A DNA stretch of 50,047 nt from Octopus bimaculoides (Eukaryota). The translations under genes were made by a program, and so were the position numbers. The stretch spans positions 162,769,017 to 162,819,063 of the forward strand of contig NC_068983.1 in the NCBI RefSeq assembly GCF_001194135.2, written 5' to 3'. The notes beneath the pieces were generated by a model. That model searched no databases, was not told where the DNA came from, and was given only the letters and a program-made list of their open reading frames with translations. Below, one piece after another: positions 24,111 through 36,520 of this stretch (position 1 is its first letter; every line of letters starts with the position of its first letter).

Positions 24111-24297
24111 CTGATGTCAACATCAGTAGTGATGCATATGCTACTGGATTTCCTTCAGGAATTCCCGAGGAGGCGCAATCTGCCCCTTTGATGCAAGACA
24201 ATTGATTGTACCGCATCTCATCTGTGAGGTACAGATTGCAGGATGCATCGAAAAAATTGTAGTAGTTTTGTATAAAGAATCTCGTGAATTCCATTTT
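24111..24297 (-). CDS. Candidate internal exon (KMEFTRFFIQNYYNFFDASCNLYLTDEMRYNQLSCIKGADCASSGIPEGNPVAYASLLMLTS)
   Basis: Open frame, raised GC and CAG|GTAGCC donor. The acceptor lacks a pyrimidine tract, and plus-strand frames are also partly open. Confidence 0.25.
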
Positions 24298-24311
24298 CTG
24301 TTACTCATCCA

Positions 24312-24370
<59 letters not shown>

Positions 24371-25234
24371 GTTGTGTGCGCATGCGTGCGCGCTTTGATT
24401 GATATCCGAATGTGAATGCTGTTGTAGTACTCGATAGCTTGCCATAGAGCTAATTAATATGTGTAGCATCAGATATAAACACACTTAAAATATTATTATC
24501 ACGGTTTTGGTTCCAGATAATTTAACGTCTCTTCGTTGACTTCATCTTGGAATACTCTTTTGACAACTTAAGATAGCCACTAGGTAATGTATGATGATGT
24601 TTGTGTGTGATAACTTTAAACGGAGTTTGATCTGTCACTCACCGCTTGTCCCAAACAACATCTTTGTCTCTGGTTTATGACTGAGTACAGGAGTATTAGA
24701 GTACTAGAATGTATACTTGCTTTATTTTTCAAGTTTGGCTTAATATAAGAAATTCAAGCTAACGAATTTTTTTATATGCCCATATTTTAGGCGATGAAAT
24801 ATAAAGCTGGATAACTAAATGTCTTAATCATAGACATGCATCGATAACAGAATAATAATGACTAACTTTTGACCGTTACTCATCAGTCGACAGAATTTGC
24901 CAGCGTTCACTCTCGGTCCTTTTTTAAATTGCTGTCGTAAAACTTGTCTTAATTAGCCCCCATTTCAGTGAGGAAGTGAGAAATATTTAATGTTTGCCAA
25001 AGGGACTAAACTGTGCATATCTGATGGCGTATGGGCGGTGGATTATCCCTTTATCTTGTTCATTATCTTTTTAATTTTTTCAATCCTGTTAACATAGAAA
25101 GGAATATTTAATTAGGGGACAGCCGCTATGATACAACTCCAGCGTGTTCACTCGAAATGAACTCCTGCACTTGCATTAATAATTAACTCTGCTTCCATTA
25201 ATGATTCCTACCAGTTATCTGATCGAACCAACAG

Positions 25235-25300
<66 letters not shown>

Positions 25301-25674
25301 TCCTGTGTAGATTAAGTATTTATCTGAATGATTCATAAATCTTGACTCAACTAAGCAGGCTGCTACCGACATGTTACTTTCCCATTTATTTTTCTTTCCT
25401 TTACTAAAACCTTTCTTACTTTTCTGAACTCTGTTGCCGCATATCACCTTTCCAAAGCTTCTTCTCTCCTCATCAATATTGAATTTCATTCCTCCAAACC
25501 GGATAATAAACATTAATGCCATTACTTCTTACACGGACTAGCAATTCTTTGAACATTCTACCGGCGCCATATTACATTAGTTCTAATCGACCACCAACTG
25601 CTTCGCCTCTCAAATCGTGGACAGATCGCAAGAACTATTGGCACTGGATCTCATTCTCGGCAGAATTGTTGGGA

Positions 25675-25971
25675 TAGTAGTTCTCACCCGGGGTCCATGC
25701 AGCCCTTGGGAGTTCATGTGACCCTTGAGGCTTCATGTGGCCCTTGGGAGTTCATATAAGATTTTGTTAAAATTTATCTGTAATAATTTGGTTATACTTC
25801 TACAATACACAAAATATTTTAACAATTGTTTTTATACAATTACTAATAATATTTAATTATAAGACCATAATGGGATTTAAAAACATATATACAGCCAGTG
25901 GTGATGGATGTCCAATAGAGTAAAAATAAGAATCAAAGGAGTCCACAGGCAAAAATGGTTGAGAACCACTG
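25675..25971 (+). mobile_element. hAT-Charlie-type MITE, decayed
   Basis: Right TIR GGTTGAGAACCACTG and decayed left TIR TAGTAGTTCTCACC. TSD TGTTGGGA / TGTTAGGG. Collinear with 44866-45110. Confidence 0.8.
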
Positions 25972-26048
25972 TGTTAGGGCATCAGACAAAATTATCTTGT
26001 GGTATTTATTCCAATCCTCTGCACTCTGATTTTAAAATTTGCCCTCAA

Positions 26049-26250
26049 GTCGGCCAGCTGGTAAAATCGTCAATATTCTGGACAAAATGCTTAGCGGCAT
26101 TTCTTCCGGCTTTACGTTCTGAATTCAAATGCCGCCGAAGCCACCTTTGCCACTTCGAGGTCGATAAAATACAGCATCAGTCAAGTACTAAGGTTGGTTC
26201 ATCAGTTTCTCCTTTCCCTTAAATAACTGCCGGCCTTGTGCCAAAATTAG
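26049..26250 (+). mobile_element. SINE family C
   Basis: GTCGGCCAGCTGGTAAAATCG head, GAATTCAAATGCC B-box remnant and GGCCTTGTGCCAAAATTAGAAAC tail. Confidence 0.8.
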
Positions 26251-26415
26251 AAACAGTATTAAAATATTAAATAAATTATTTGGTTTTAATATAGAAAGAT
26301 GGACTTCCTGATATTAAATTGCTGTTAACAACCGTTTATCGACAACACAAATGGCACAGAATTTGGAAGAGTGTTTCGTTTTGCTTATATTTTTGATTTT
26401 ATCTTTTGTAATTAA

Positions 26416-26635
26416 CCCTTCGATACAAACCCGCCTGCGGCCACTCTGGTTCTTTGATACAAACTTCATGTTTTAAAGTGGTTCAAATTATAACCTTTCA
26501 TCAAAATTTAATCTTAAATACTGTTTCGAACGCCAGCTGAATAAGAAGGTTATTTTACTAAATTCTCCTTCATTATTTTCGAAATGCATTGAAACAATGG
26601 TAGTGTATTTGAATAGAAATATGGCAACAAAAGGG
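26416..26635. mobile_element. piggyBac-like MITE
   Basis: TTAA|CCCTT ... AAGGG|TTAA termini, with TTAA at 26412-26415 and 26636-26639. Confidence 0.6.
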
Positions 26636-27246
26636 TTAAAGAACTTCAAAGTAAATCCTTTTGCATAGTTGCTAAGCATTTTAAATATTAATCTTAATGT
26701 CTTCAGATTGTCATATCATTAAGCATGACTCGGAAATAAACGTGCTGCGAAGCGTCTTTTATAACGAAATATTCTCCTTGATAAAACTTCCCTTTCACTC
26801 TCTCCTTGATGTGTCAGAAAGGTCCGCAAGCAAACAATAAGAAAAAAATAGAGCAAACAACTACAATCCTAATAATAACTGTTCCGAAACTGCTGCTTCC
26901 ATTGAACTCCACCTCTCGACTAGTAAAAAGAACAGTAAATCAAACAAACAAACAAACAAATCTGAAGGACACTCGATGTGTTGTTGCAATGGGTGTCTGG
27001 ATAGCTGTAGGCTGATTGAACCGTTGTAAGTCAATACTTCGATAATAGAAACAAAAAACAAAAAACAACAACTTATCTCTGAAAAATCTTGTTTTTTTTT
27101 CCATTTATATGGCAACAAAGAAGTAAAAAGAAAAGTCACAGCCATCGAAATAGCAACAATGTTGTGTAATTAGCAACACCAGGATCGAATGTTCCAACAT
27201 AAAACTATATAATAAATGTTCTTTCTGTTTATAGGTATTAGTATTA

Positions 27247-27558
27247 GTGAAGGCGCGTGGCTTAGTGGTTAGGGGGGGCATTCGGCTCGCGATCGTAAGG
27301 TCGCGAGTTCAATTCCCGGCGACGCGTTGTACTCTTTGAGCAAGACACTTTATTTTAACGCTGGAATAAATGAGTAGTACCTGTATTTCAAAGGCCAGCC
27401 TTGTTACACTCTATATCACGCTGAATCTCCGTCTGAACTACGTTAAGGGTAGCTTATCTGTGGAGTGCTCAGCCACTTGCACGTTAATTTCAAGAGCAAG
27501 CTGTTCCGTTGATCGTATCAGCTGAGACCATCGTCGTCGTAACCGACGGAATGCTCCC
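27247..27558 (+). mobile_element. SINE family B
   Basis: A and B boxes present. 11-bp TSD TATTAGTATTA at 27236-27246 and 27559-27569. Confidence 0.9.
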
Positions 27559-27719
27559 TATTAGTATTAATAAATCTATTCAGATGAGAAATAATTTTAA
27601 TTGATTTTCTGTCAGTCATCTACAATATGGCTATAGAAACTATTCATCTTTTACTTATTTCAGTCATTGGACTGCGGACATGTTGGAGCAGTGTAATCAA
27701 TAATTAGATGGGTACAGCT

Positions 27720-27990
27720 ATTAAGCAAGCGTGGCCTAATGGGTAGTATACTGCACTCATGATCTTGCGATCATGGTTTCCACCCCCAGACCAAGCGGTT
27801 CGTTGTTTTCTTGAGCAAGATATTTTATTTCATGCTGCTCCACTAAGATGTAAATGGGTTTCAGCAATGCCGGGAAGTTAGCCTCACGACGGACTGGCGT
27901 CACATCCAGGGAACTATTGTCATTTTAATCCCTTATACGCCATAGAAACCCAAGAAACCGACCTCATAAGTCCTGCGACTTGAGACACCA
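27720..27990 (+). mobile_element. Distinct old tRNA-headed SINE (single copy here)
   Basis: TGGCCTAATGG A-box-like head, CTTGAGCAAGATATTTTATTTCA core shared with family B, and a different tail CCTCACGACGGACTGGCGTCACATCCAGGG. Confidence 0.55.
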
Positions 27991-28975
27991 ATATCTAGGG
28001 GACTTACTACAATTAAGTAAACAGAAATAAACTTGGACAAGATTTTTTTATTATCAATTTTAAAATTGATGACTTTAGTGACTAACATATTTAGTTGTGG
28101 CCTCTGTATATTTTCTATTCAAGGAAGCAACATTCGAAGTAAATAATTTAAAATCAATTTTTGTGTCTTGGGAGGGTCATTGCGCCAACACACACACTGG
28201 TTCAATTCCACTTCTTTATTGTGAGTCAATTGGTTAAATATATAATCGACTAACTAATCGATCATTTATTTAATGTGCTGGTTAGATAGTCAATCGACTG
28301 ATTGTCAAAGTTCTTTCGTCGCTGTTCACGACCTTTTCAGTGATACAAGTGACTAATAAACAACCGATTGATTGTTTAACAAGCATATTAAAAAAAACAA
28401 AACAATCATTTAGTTAGTTGGATAGGTATTTAACCAATTGATTAACAATAAAGAAGTGGAATTGATCCAGTGCGTGTGTTATCATTATTGGCATAATGAT
28501 CCTCGCAAGGCAACAAAGCTTTTTTCAGCACACGAATTCACATCAAGAATCTTGCAAACCGAATGCAAAAACAAGGTTTAAAGAGATATATCACAACTAT
28601 ATCTAAACAGGGGTACCAAAGGGAGTGTTTTGCTTTACACACACATCATTATTAATCCCAACAAGTTGAGGAATAGAAGAAAGGAAGTTGAAAATGCATG
28701 CACAGAGAATATCTTAGAATTAATTAGAATCATATTTTAAAATAATAATAATTAATTAGAATTATAGGAATTAATTCGAATTATATTTTAAAATATAGGA
28801 ATACACTTCACCGGTTTCACATTAGATTTTCATAAGTGTATAGTGTAAAGTGTTGTATTGTGAAACGTATCTATTCTAGCCGTTGTTATAAAAACATTTT
28901 GTTTTTCAAGTAGGAATGTGGCTCAGAACGCTCTCCGTACAAACTGCTTGGTTAACGTTCATGCTTTACACTCAC

Positions 28976-28999
28976 GTGGCAGTCGCGCGAGAAGAATTT
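28976..28999 (-). CDS. Candidate 24-nt micro-exon (KFFSRDCH in phase 0)
   Basis: Pyrimidine-rich tract plus TGCAG acceptor and CAC|GTGAGT donor. All three frames are stop-free. Confidence 0.35.
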
Positions 29000-29728
29000 C
29001 TGCATTGAATGCCATATGACAGAAATGAGAGATATGAATAAGTGATATAATAATTGTTTACATAAAAAGTGTTATCGACAATTATTGTTTATCATCCTCG
29101 GCGGTATTTGACCTGAAAACATTCAAACGTACACGATTAAGTACCACAATACATTTATCCGTCACTCTACCAATTCTGTCAGTCTACCCGTTCTCCATCC
29201 CATTAATTTTATTCTGGATGTTTTTTTTTGTTTCAGAATCTACCCTTTCCTTCATCAGTACACCTTTGTAATGTTTAAAGTTTGTAATTTAATTTTCAAA
29301 AAAAATTTGAAAAGTATTGCTTTTTTTTTCATTACTTTATTTTTTCGAGTAGAAGTAAAAACATTTTATTTATCGAGTGGCGAGACTTGTGAGAGCTGAA
29401 TAGAATGAAGAACGAAGAGAAAGTTTTTGAGAGGAAATGACAATTTTTCCTTTCATCTTCGCTACTTTGATGTTGATTTATATATATGCTGAAACATAGC
29501 AACATAGATAGTTGTATATAGCTGCAGCATTAGTATGTCAAATGTACATACATGAGTGCGTATGGTGATCTGTCAAAGCTAGAGACATATCTATTAGCTG
29601 GTGAGGACGGATACTTTCGTGAAATTATTTGACTTTCGTAAAATTATCTGTTAATTTGTGAATTATTTTGGAAGTGTTTTCAGACGTCTTCTACGAAATT
29701 ATGGTTTAATGTTTGTGTGCGCAATATC

Positions 29729-30125
29729 CAGCGCTGGATTAGCCATTAAGCAAAATAAGCACGCGCTGAAGGATCTAAGGGAAGGAGGGGGGCACCACAG
29801 AAATGGTAAATGGTTCACGGCATAAAAGAAATCACTTTCATGTTTCTAAGATAATATTCGAAGTGGTTTATACGATCGGAAATAGAATTTTTTGAAGTGT
29901 TCATGGTGACAATGAAGATCTAATCAAAGATTATGCAATCAAAGTAAGAGAAAACTTATCAGATATGAATAAAGTCGAATCATACATAAATAAACATTAT
30001 TTTCCACCTTACTGTTAGTTTCGTATCATTTTGAAAAATAATTTATTTTATGATTTATTATTGTTTATATTTTGAATTGTATAATCTTTTATGGGAGCAC
30101 CAAAAGTATTTTAAGTTCTTAGTGT
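29729..30125 (+). mobile_element. Second copy of the hAT derivative at 11389, right TIR missing
   Basis: CAGCGCTGGATTAGCCATTAAGCAAAATAAGCACG start, collinear with 11389-11790. Confidence 0.85.
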
Positions 30126-30923
30126 CTGGTAACACATAAGACGATGATATCTGGTTGTTGTAATAATTGTTATCGCAATTCAAACTTTTTATGGAATTTG
30201 TTAAAGAGTTTGCAATGTTCACGAAGACATTTAGAATTATTTTGGTGGTGCACTTATCTTGAGATTTTATCTGAGACTGTGTATTGAAACTTAACTAATT
30301 GGGGCATGGGCGATATCAACCATTAAAAGACATACAAAAACTATTCTCTTTACTTAAAAATTTGTGATTTGGTGTTAAAATTTTCGTCGTACCGATTGCC
30401 ACTTCGTCACTGACGCGATTCCATGTAGTCTTTGTGCGCTATCCAATGGCCAATATGTATCTTTCTTGCTGCAATTTTTATTTATATAACACAACTGTGA
30501 GATTTAATTGGTTCTTTAGATAATTGATTAAATATTAGCTTGTCTATAACAGTAGTTGTCTACTTTGTCTTGTTAGTGAGCACCTACGGAATTACTGTTT
30601 TAAGGGAGGCAGTATCTTCAATTTTTTTAATATATCTAAGATTCGTTTATTGGTTTCGCACCACGGCAGAAAATGAATTAACCCTTTGCCCGTCAAAAGC
30701 ATTTTCGTTTGTGTGTCCTAAGTGTTCATGCTTGTTTTCAGACTTTTGGTTAGCTCTTGTTTCACTCGTTTCGAGTAAGATAAAGCTTTCCTTTCATAAT
30801 TTTTAAGTTGCTCAGGTGATTGGAAAACAAGAGTGTGTATCACATATGATGCAAGGACACCTGAGAAATATACACAGGACAGACACCGTGTTAAAATCTA
30901 TCAATGATTTTATACAATGCATA

Positions 30924-31135
30924 AGGCGAGCTGGCAGAATCGTTAGCACGCCGGGGGAAAAATGATTAGTGGCATTTATTCCATCCTTACGTTCTGAGTT
31001 CAAATTCCGCCGAGGTTGACTTTGTCTTTTATCCTTTCGGGGTCGATAAAATAAATACCAGTTGAAAACTGACGACGATGTAATCGACTATGCCCCTTCA
31101 CCGAAATTGCTGGCCTTGTGCCAAATTTTGAAATC
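30924..31135 (+). mobile_element. SINE family C
   Basis: AAGGCGAGCTGGCAGAATCGTTAG head and GAGTTCAAATTCC B box. Confidence 0.88.
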
Positions 31136-31408
31136 AATATTACTGGCGTATGTTAAAGAAAAAATATCCGCTTGACTTTGTTCTTAACGAGTACACTGTT
31201 GCTATATTATCGGTAATAATGTTAGTGAAATTATTATCATAGCTGTTAAGGTGGTGTTGACTGATATATATGTATGTATTATACATACCGCATAATATAC
31301 GTATTTGCATATCAATAGAGTAATTAAGGAAATGCATATTGATTAATGTGAGTGTGTTATCTGAGCTAGTGTTTCACTCCTGATGTTCCGCTCTCTAATT
31401 ATTGGCCT

Positions 31409-31540
<132 letters not shown>

Positions 31541-32009
31541 GCGTGTGTGCACGATATGTAAATCTAGGTTTGATATTAACCTACTTTGAAAACGAGGCAT
31601 AAATTATTGATTTGACAATTTTGTTGTGAAATGGTCTCCGTGGTTTGAGGCTGATGTCATATTGTTAAAACTCAATCGACACAATAGTGACGCATTTAAT
31701 TAATCTGTCTTTCTATCGATTGGTTTATTTTGATTAAAGATTTTCTCATTAATTGATAAGCACATCATAATGTAAATCGGGGGAGAGATTAAGAAAAATT
31801 CATAATAGAAAATGAAAATAATTTCGCGAAACACTATTGATTTTTATTTTACACGGAATAAAATAACGATAATGTCTCACATTTATAGGTGACAATAACG
31901 AGTGTTCGTCGTTCATGCCTCCCACAAAGGTATTTCAGTAAAATATGATATAGAAATAGTTCCAGCCACACATTTAGCTCTACCAAAAAACGCTTCAGTA
32001 TTTATCACG

Positions 32010-32260
32010 ATCATCATCGTCATTTAACGTCCGTTTTCCATGCTGGTATGGATTCGCAGGTTTGACAGGAGCTGGTCAGCCGCAGAGCTACCCAGACTCC
32101 AGTTGTCTATTCTGACATGGCTTCTACGTCTAAATGCCCTTCATAACATTAACCACTTTACAAAGTGTACTGGGTGCCTTTTGCATGGCGCCTGCACGAG
32201 GGCTTTTTACGTAGCGCCAGCAAAGGCCGTAAAGGACCTGCCTGTATCGATGGATGGCCA
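32010..32260 (-). mobile_element. Probable SINE or LINE 3'-end repeat with a (GAT)n tail
   Basis: CATCATCGTCATTTAACGTCCGTTTTCCATGCTGG...TGCCCTTCATAACATTAACCACTTTAC has the form of a retroposon tail. Single copy here, family unassigned. Confidence 0.45.
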
Positions 32261-32367
32261 CATGTGATATATAAAATATAATTATATTCATGAACGATAC
32301 GTTATAACGCTTGTGATGCGAACCTGAATGCTCGTCACTGTTTGGAAACGAATTTCGACGTAGATTA

Positions 32368-32799
32368 CTGCATCTACTTGTTTATAAGACTCATTCGTGT
32401 TCAATTCCCACTCGGGTATAAGTCGTACTCATGCATAAGTCGTACTCGTGTATAAGTCGTACGCATGTATAAGTGGCACTCGTGTTTAAGTAACATTCGT
32501 GTATAAGTCGCACTCTGGTATAAGTCGTATTCATGTATAAGTCGCACTTCGGTTTAAATAGCACTCGTGTTCAAGTCGAACTCTTGTATAAGTCGCACTC
32601 TTGTAAAAGTCGCACTCGTGTTTAAATAGGACTCGTGTTTAAGTCGCACTCATCTCTATGTAGCACCCCTATTTGGTATTTAATAATAGCATAATTGTTT
32701 TCCCTTTACAGTTGTAGCTTTGTCCCGTAGATGTGGCATTCCAGCTTTTCAGTGAAGACGAAGTATAAAATAATGCAACTTATACACGAGCATAAACGG
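32368..32799. mobile_element. Tc2/pogo-like MITE containing about 15 tandem 17-bp copies of its TIR core
   Basis: Right end reverse complement CCGTTTATGCTCGTGTATAAGTTG and decayed left end TA|CTGCATCTACTTGTTTATAAGAC. Internal unit consensus CACTCGTGTATAAGTCG. Confidence 0.7.
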
Positions 32800-32982
32800 T
32801 GACTTGTATTGTACACAACAATGCTTATGAGAAAACACTAAACAGTCCCAATACGCTCGAAGGCTGTCAAGGAGATTTGAAACCACGGTAGATACGTAAC
32901 TGATCACGTGCGCTCGTTAACTTTCACTTTTAACTAAAAACATGTACAACTAAATTAAATGTTTCCATACACGTAATACTGT

Positions 32983-33357
32983 GGAGGCGCAATGGCCCAG
33001 TGGTTAGGGCAGCGGACTCGCGGTCATAGGATCGCGGTTTCGATTCCCAGACCGGGCGTTGTGAGTGTTTATTGAGCGAAAACACTTAAAGTTCCACGAG
33101 GCTCCGGCAGGGGATGGTGGCGAACCCTGCTGTACTCTTTCACCACAACTCTCACTCTTTCTTCCTGTTTCTGTTGTACCTGTATTTCAAAGGGTCAGCC
33201 TTGTCACACTATGTCGCGCTGAATATCCCCCGAGAACTACGTTAAGGGTACACGTGTCTGTAGAGTGCTCAGCCACTTGTATGTTAATTTCACGAGCAGG
33301 CTGTTCCGTTGATCAGATCAACTGGAACCCTCGTCGTCGTCAGCGACGGAGTGCCAA
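32983..33357 (+). mobile_element. SINE with a different tRNA head and body but the family B 3' half
   Basis: TGGCCCAGTGG A box and GGTTTCGATTCCC B box. From GTACCTGTATTTCAAAGGG onward it matches family B. Confidence 0.85.
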
Positions 33358-33384
33358 AAAAAAAACACGTGATACATTACGTGC

Positions 33385-33730
33385 TTAATATTCGACTTTG
33401 CCTTTCATCCTTTAGGGGTCGATAAATTAAGTACCAGTTGCGTACTGGGGTCGATCTAATCGACTGCCCCCCCTCCCAAAATTTCAGGCCTTGTGCCTAG
33501 AGTAGAAAATAATATTTTCGTTTTGAATTTTGACACGAGGCCAGCAATTTTAGAAGGAGGAGGTTAATCTATCATATCGACCCCAGGACTCGACTGATAC
33601 TTTTTCTTATCGTCCCCGATGGGATAAAAGACAAAGTCGGCATCGACGGGATTTGAACTCAAAACGTAGCTAATTGGAAGAACTACCGCTAAGCATTTTG
33701 CTCAATGCGCTAAAGAATCTGATAGCGTCA
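33385..33730. mobile_element. Two family C SINEs tail-to-tail (+ 33385-33513, - 33525-33730)
   Basis: The shared segment occurs in opposite orientations with about 15 bp between the tails. Confidence 0.85.
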
Positions 33731-34670
33731 TCACTTTTATGAAATTTATTACACTGTCGCAAGAATTTGAATGGACAACGGTCCCTTGATATCGAATTTT
33801 TCTCAGAAAAACACTGAACTAAGCACAGCAAGCCAGCAAAACACCTTTGAATTAAACTCGCCAGGTTGTCAAAGCATATATATATATATATATGTGTGTG
33901 TGTATATATATCTGTATATATAAGTATATATATATTGATATTGATATTCGTATGAATACTCGAGTGTATTGAAGTGTATTTGCATATTTGCATATGTTTC
34001 CGTGTGCATTCAGTATTTTTTTTTACATGGTGACGTGCAATTGTATAATATTAATGTCAGAAAAATACTAAAGAATTTCCGAGGTGTTGATATCTGAGGA
34101 ATTATAACCATTAATAACAGCAGCATATTTGCAATTCCATTGATTTATTCTGTATTTAGTGATATTTTCTTCTGCAAAATGGATTTAAATTACACAAAAT
34201 TATTATGAATATGCCACGAAAGTTGCATAATCTTAACTAGTTATCTTAGAAAAAGGAAACTGATCCCCCAATTTTTTTCCTCCGTTCTTTCGTAGACCTG
34301 ATTGATGGGATTCAAGGGTCTTCTGACGGCTTTGGAATACGTGACAATTAAGTTTGTATGGCCCGGAGAAATGACAATGCTCTCGTTTGTTCCGATAACT
34401 GTCAATTGGTAATTCTTTTTATTGCAACCCTAGAAATACCTGCAGCCATACAAGTTTACATGTTATCTTACTTGACAATCAGCGATAGAATATTTGATAG
34501 TTTGGATTTTCCTTCCGTAAAAAAGATTTTCGTTTGTATTTCGCGTAAATCAGCGAGTTAGGGGATTACACCGACAGGCGTTCTAGGGAAAAATATTCAC
34601 CAAATGTATTCTAAAAGTTCAGTTGAGGGAGGTCTCGTTGATTTATACTAAATGGATGATTTTATATATA

Positions 34671-34832
34671 GGCGTAGGAGTGGCTGTGTGGTAAGTAGCT
34701 TGCTTACGAACCACATGGTTCCGGGTTCAGTCCCACTGCATGGCACCTTGGGCATGTGTCTTCTACTATAGCTTCGTGTCCACCAAAGCCTTGTGAGTGG
34801 ATTTGGTAGACGGAAACTGAAAGAAGCCCGTC

Positions 34833-34884
<52 letters not shown>

Positions 34885-35006
34885 ATATGTTTGTGTGTCT
34901 GTGTTTGCCCCCCCCCCACCATCGCTTGACAACCGATGCTGGTGTGTTTACGTCCCCGTAACCTAGCGGTTCGGCAAAAGAGAGCGATAGAATAAGTACT
35001 AGGCTT
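34671..35006 (+). mobile_element. SINE family A with internal (TA)n/(TG)n, 3'-truncated
   Basis: A box TGGCTGTGTGG at 34681-34691 and B box GGGTTCAGTCCC at about 34723-34734. Confidence 0.9.
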
Positions 35007-35161
35007 CGGGACTCAAGTAACCGGAGCCGCAGATAGTGAATACTAGACAGGGCACAAGACAACAAAGTAGCCAATACTCGATGCTAGGCGGTTCGAACGT
35101 AAAGACCATGATCCCTGGACTGTCAGGCAACTTTTAGGGGACACACACACATACACACAAA

Positions 35162-35229
<68 letters not shown>

Positions 35230-35358
35230 ATCGGTACACACACACGCACACATACACGCACTCGCGCACACACACACACTCTCTTTCACTCACTCACATA
35301 CACACACACGTATATATATATATATATATAGAGTGTTTGAAGTGGTGTACAAATATTG

Positions 35359-35541
35359 TATATTGAGAAAAAGGAAGCAGTCAGAATATTGGATAATTCT
35401 TTATTAGCGCTTTTGTTCATTTACGAACTCGTCAAGACAGAATCAATATCTAGATCCATTTTGATTTTGTCTTGACCAGTTCGTAAACGAACGAAAGCAC
35501 TAATTGAGGATTATCCAATATTCTGACTGCCTCCTTTTTCT

Positions 35542-35548
<7 letters not shown>
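35359..35548. mobile_element. Head-to-head foldback of two short hammerhead-like elements
   Basis: Arms at 35359-35446 and 35461-35548. Arm consensus CTTGACGA-GTTCG-TAAA-CGAAC-GAAA-GCGC-TA. Confidence 0.7.
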
Positions 35549-35590
<42 letters not shown>

Positions 35591-36011
35591 TGTATGTATA
35601 TATATTATGGACATTAACGTATCCATTCTGAACTTGCTCACATACACTCTCACACATATGTCAATATATGGATATATATTTCTATATTTTTTATTAATAA
35701 ATTCATGTATATTTCTACTTAGATAGTTTGTTGTATAAATCACTCTAATGATACTTCAAAAAACATTTAGAATTATATAGATAGATTCCACAAGAGAAAT
35801 AAAATTGAAATTTATAAAACATTGAAAATATCTCATATAATGCATTATATTAATCAATATATTTTTGTCTACTTCTATCGATTTGTTGAATCTGATGTAT
35901 TGATTATAATGTATTGATTGCGACCTAATGGCTGTCTACAACTAAAAACATCATTAATTTCACTTATCGCCACCGTTGCAATATCTCTTCACTTTAAATT
36001 CCTTTACTTAC

Positions 36012-36072
36012 AAAAAATTGAAATGCTCTCTCTAGTTCTTGGTCAATTTGGTTAACACCATTCTTTGAATGG
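36012..36072 (-). CDS. Candidate short exon (HSKNGVNQIDQELERAFQFF)
   Basis: TTT|GTAAGT donor and TTTTAG acceptor, with an alternative upstream acceptor. Open frame. Confidence 0.25.
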
Positions 36073-36520
36073 CTAAAACAGTTCACAGCACCAGTATTTA
36101 TCGCTAATTTCCCATAATTTTAAGTAAAAGATTAATTATTTTCATGTACAGAAACGTTTTGATACTTATGTTTTGTTAATTTAGAATATTCGGTGTCTGC
36201 TGGGTAAAGAAAGAACCAAGGAATTTAAAAAGCATTTTTGTTGAATCGTGTGTCAGTTCTGATCAGCCTATGATCAAGGCGTTCCAAAGATGAGCATCCT
36301 GCCTTACTTTGTTTTCTTGGTCTGCATTATGAAATATGCTCTTCCATTTTGTAAAGTGGCATGATGTGATTTATGAGAGGTTTGGCTGCAGTTTTTAGCA
36401 AGTCCAGAGAACATGTAGACGTTCTCTCGTTGACTCGTATTTTGAAGTAACTTAAAGTTTTCTGTGTATGAAAACTCTGGCAAGTAAAATAAAATAAAAT
36501 AGAATAAATATATTTATATA

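Noticed and set aside
22848-29030. Plus-strand terminal-exon-like readings at 22848, 24100, 25540 and 28912
   Set aside because: Each ends in a stop within about 45 codons and they cannot be chained. The same segments also fit minus-strand candidates.
30395-30460. CGTCA/TGACG and double CCAAT cluster as a promoter
   Set aside because: These short motifs are expected by chance, and no linked exon was found.
32391-32648. CRISPR-like regular repeat
   Set aside because: Units are contiguous with no unique spacers, there are no cas genes, and the context is eukaryotic.
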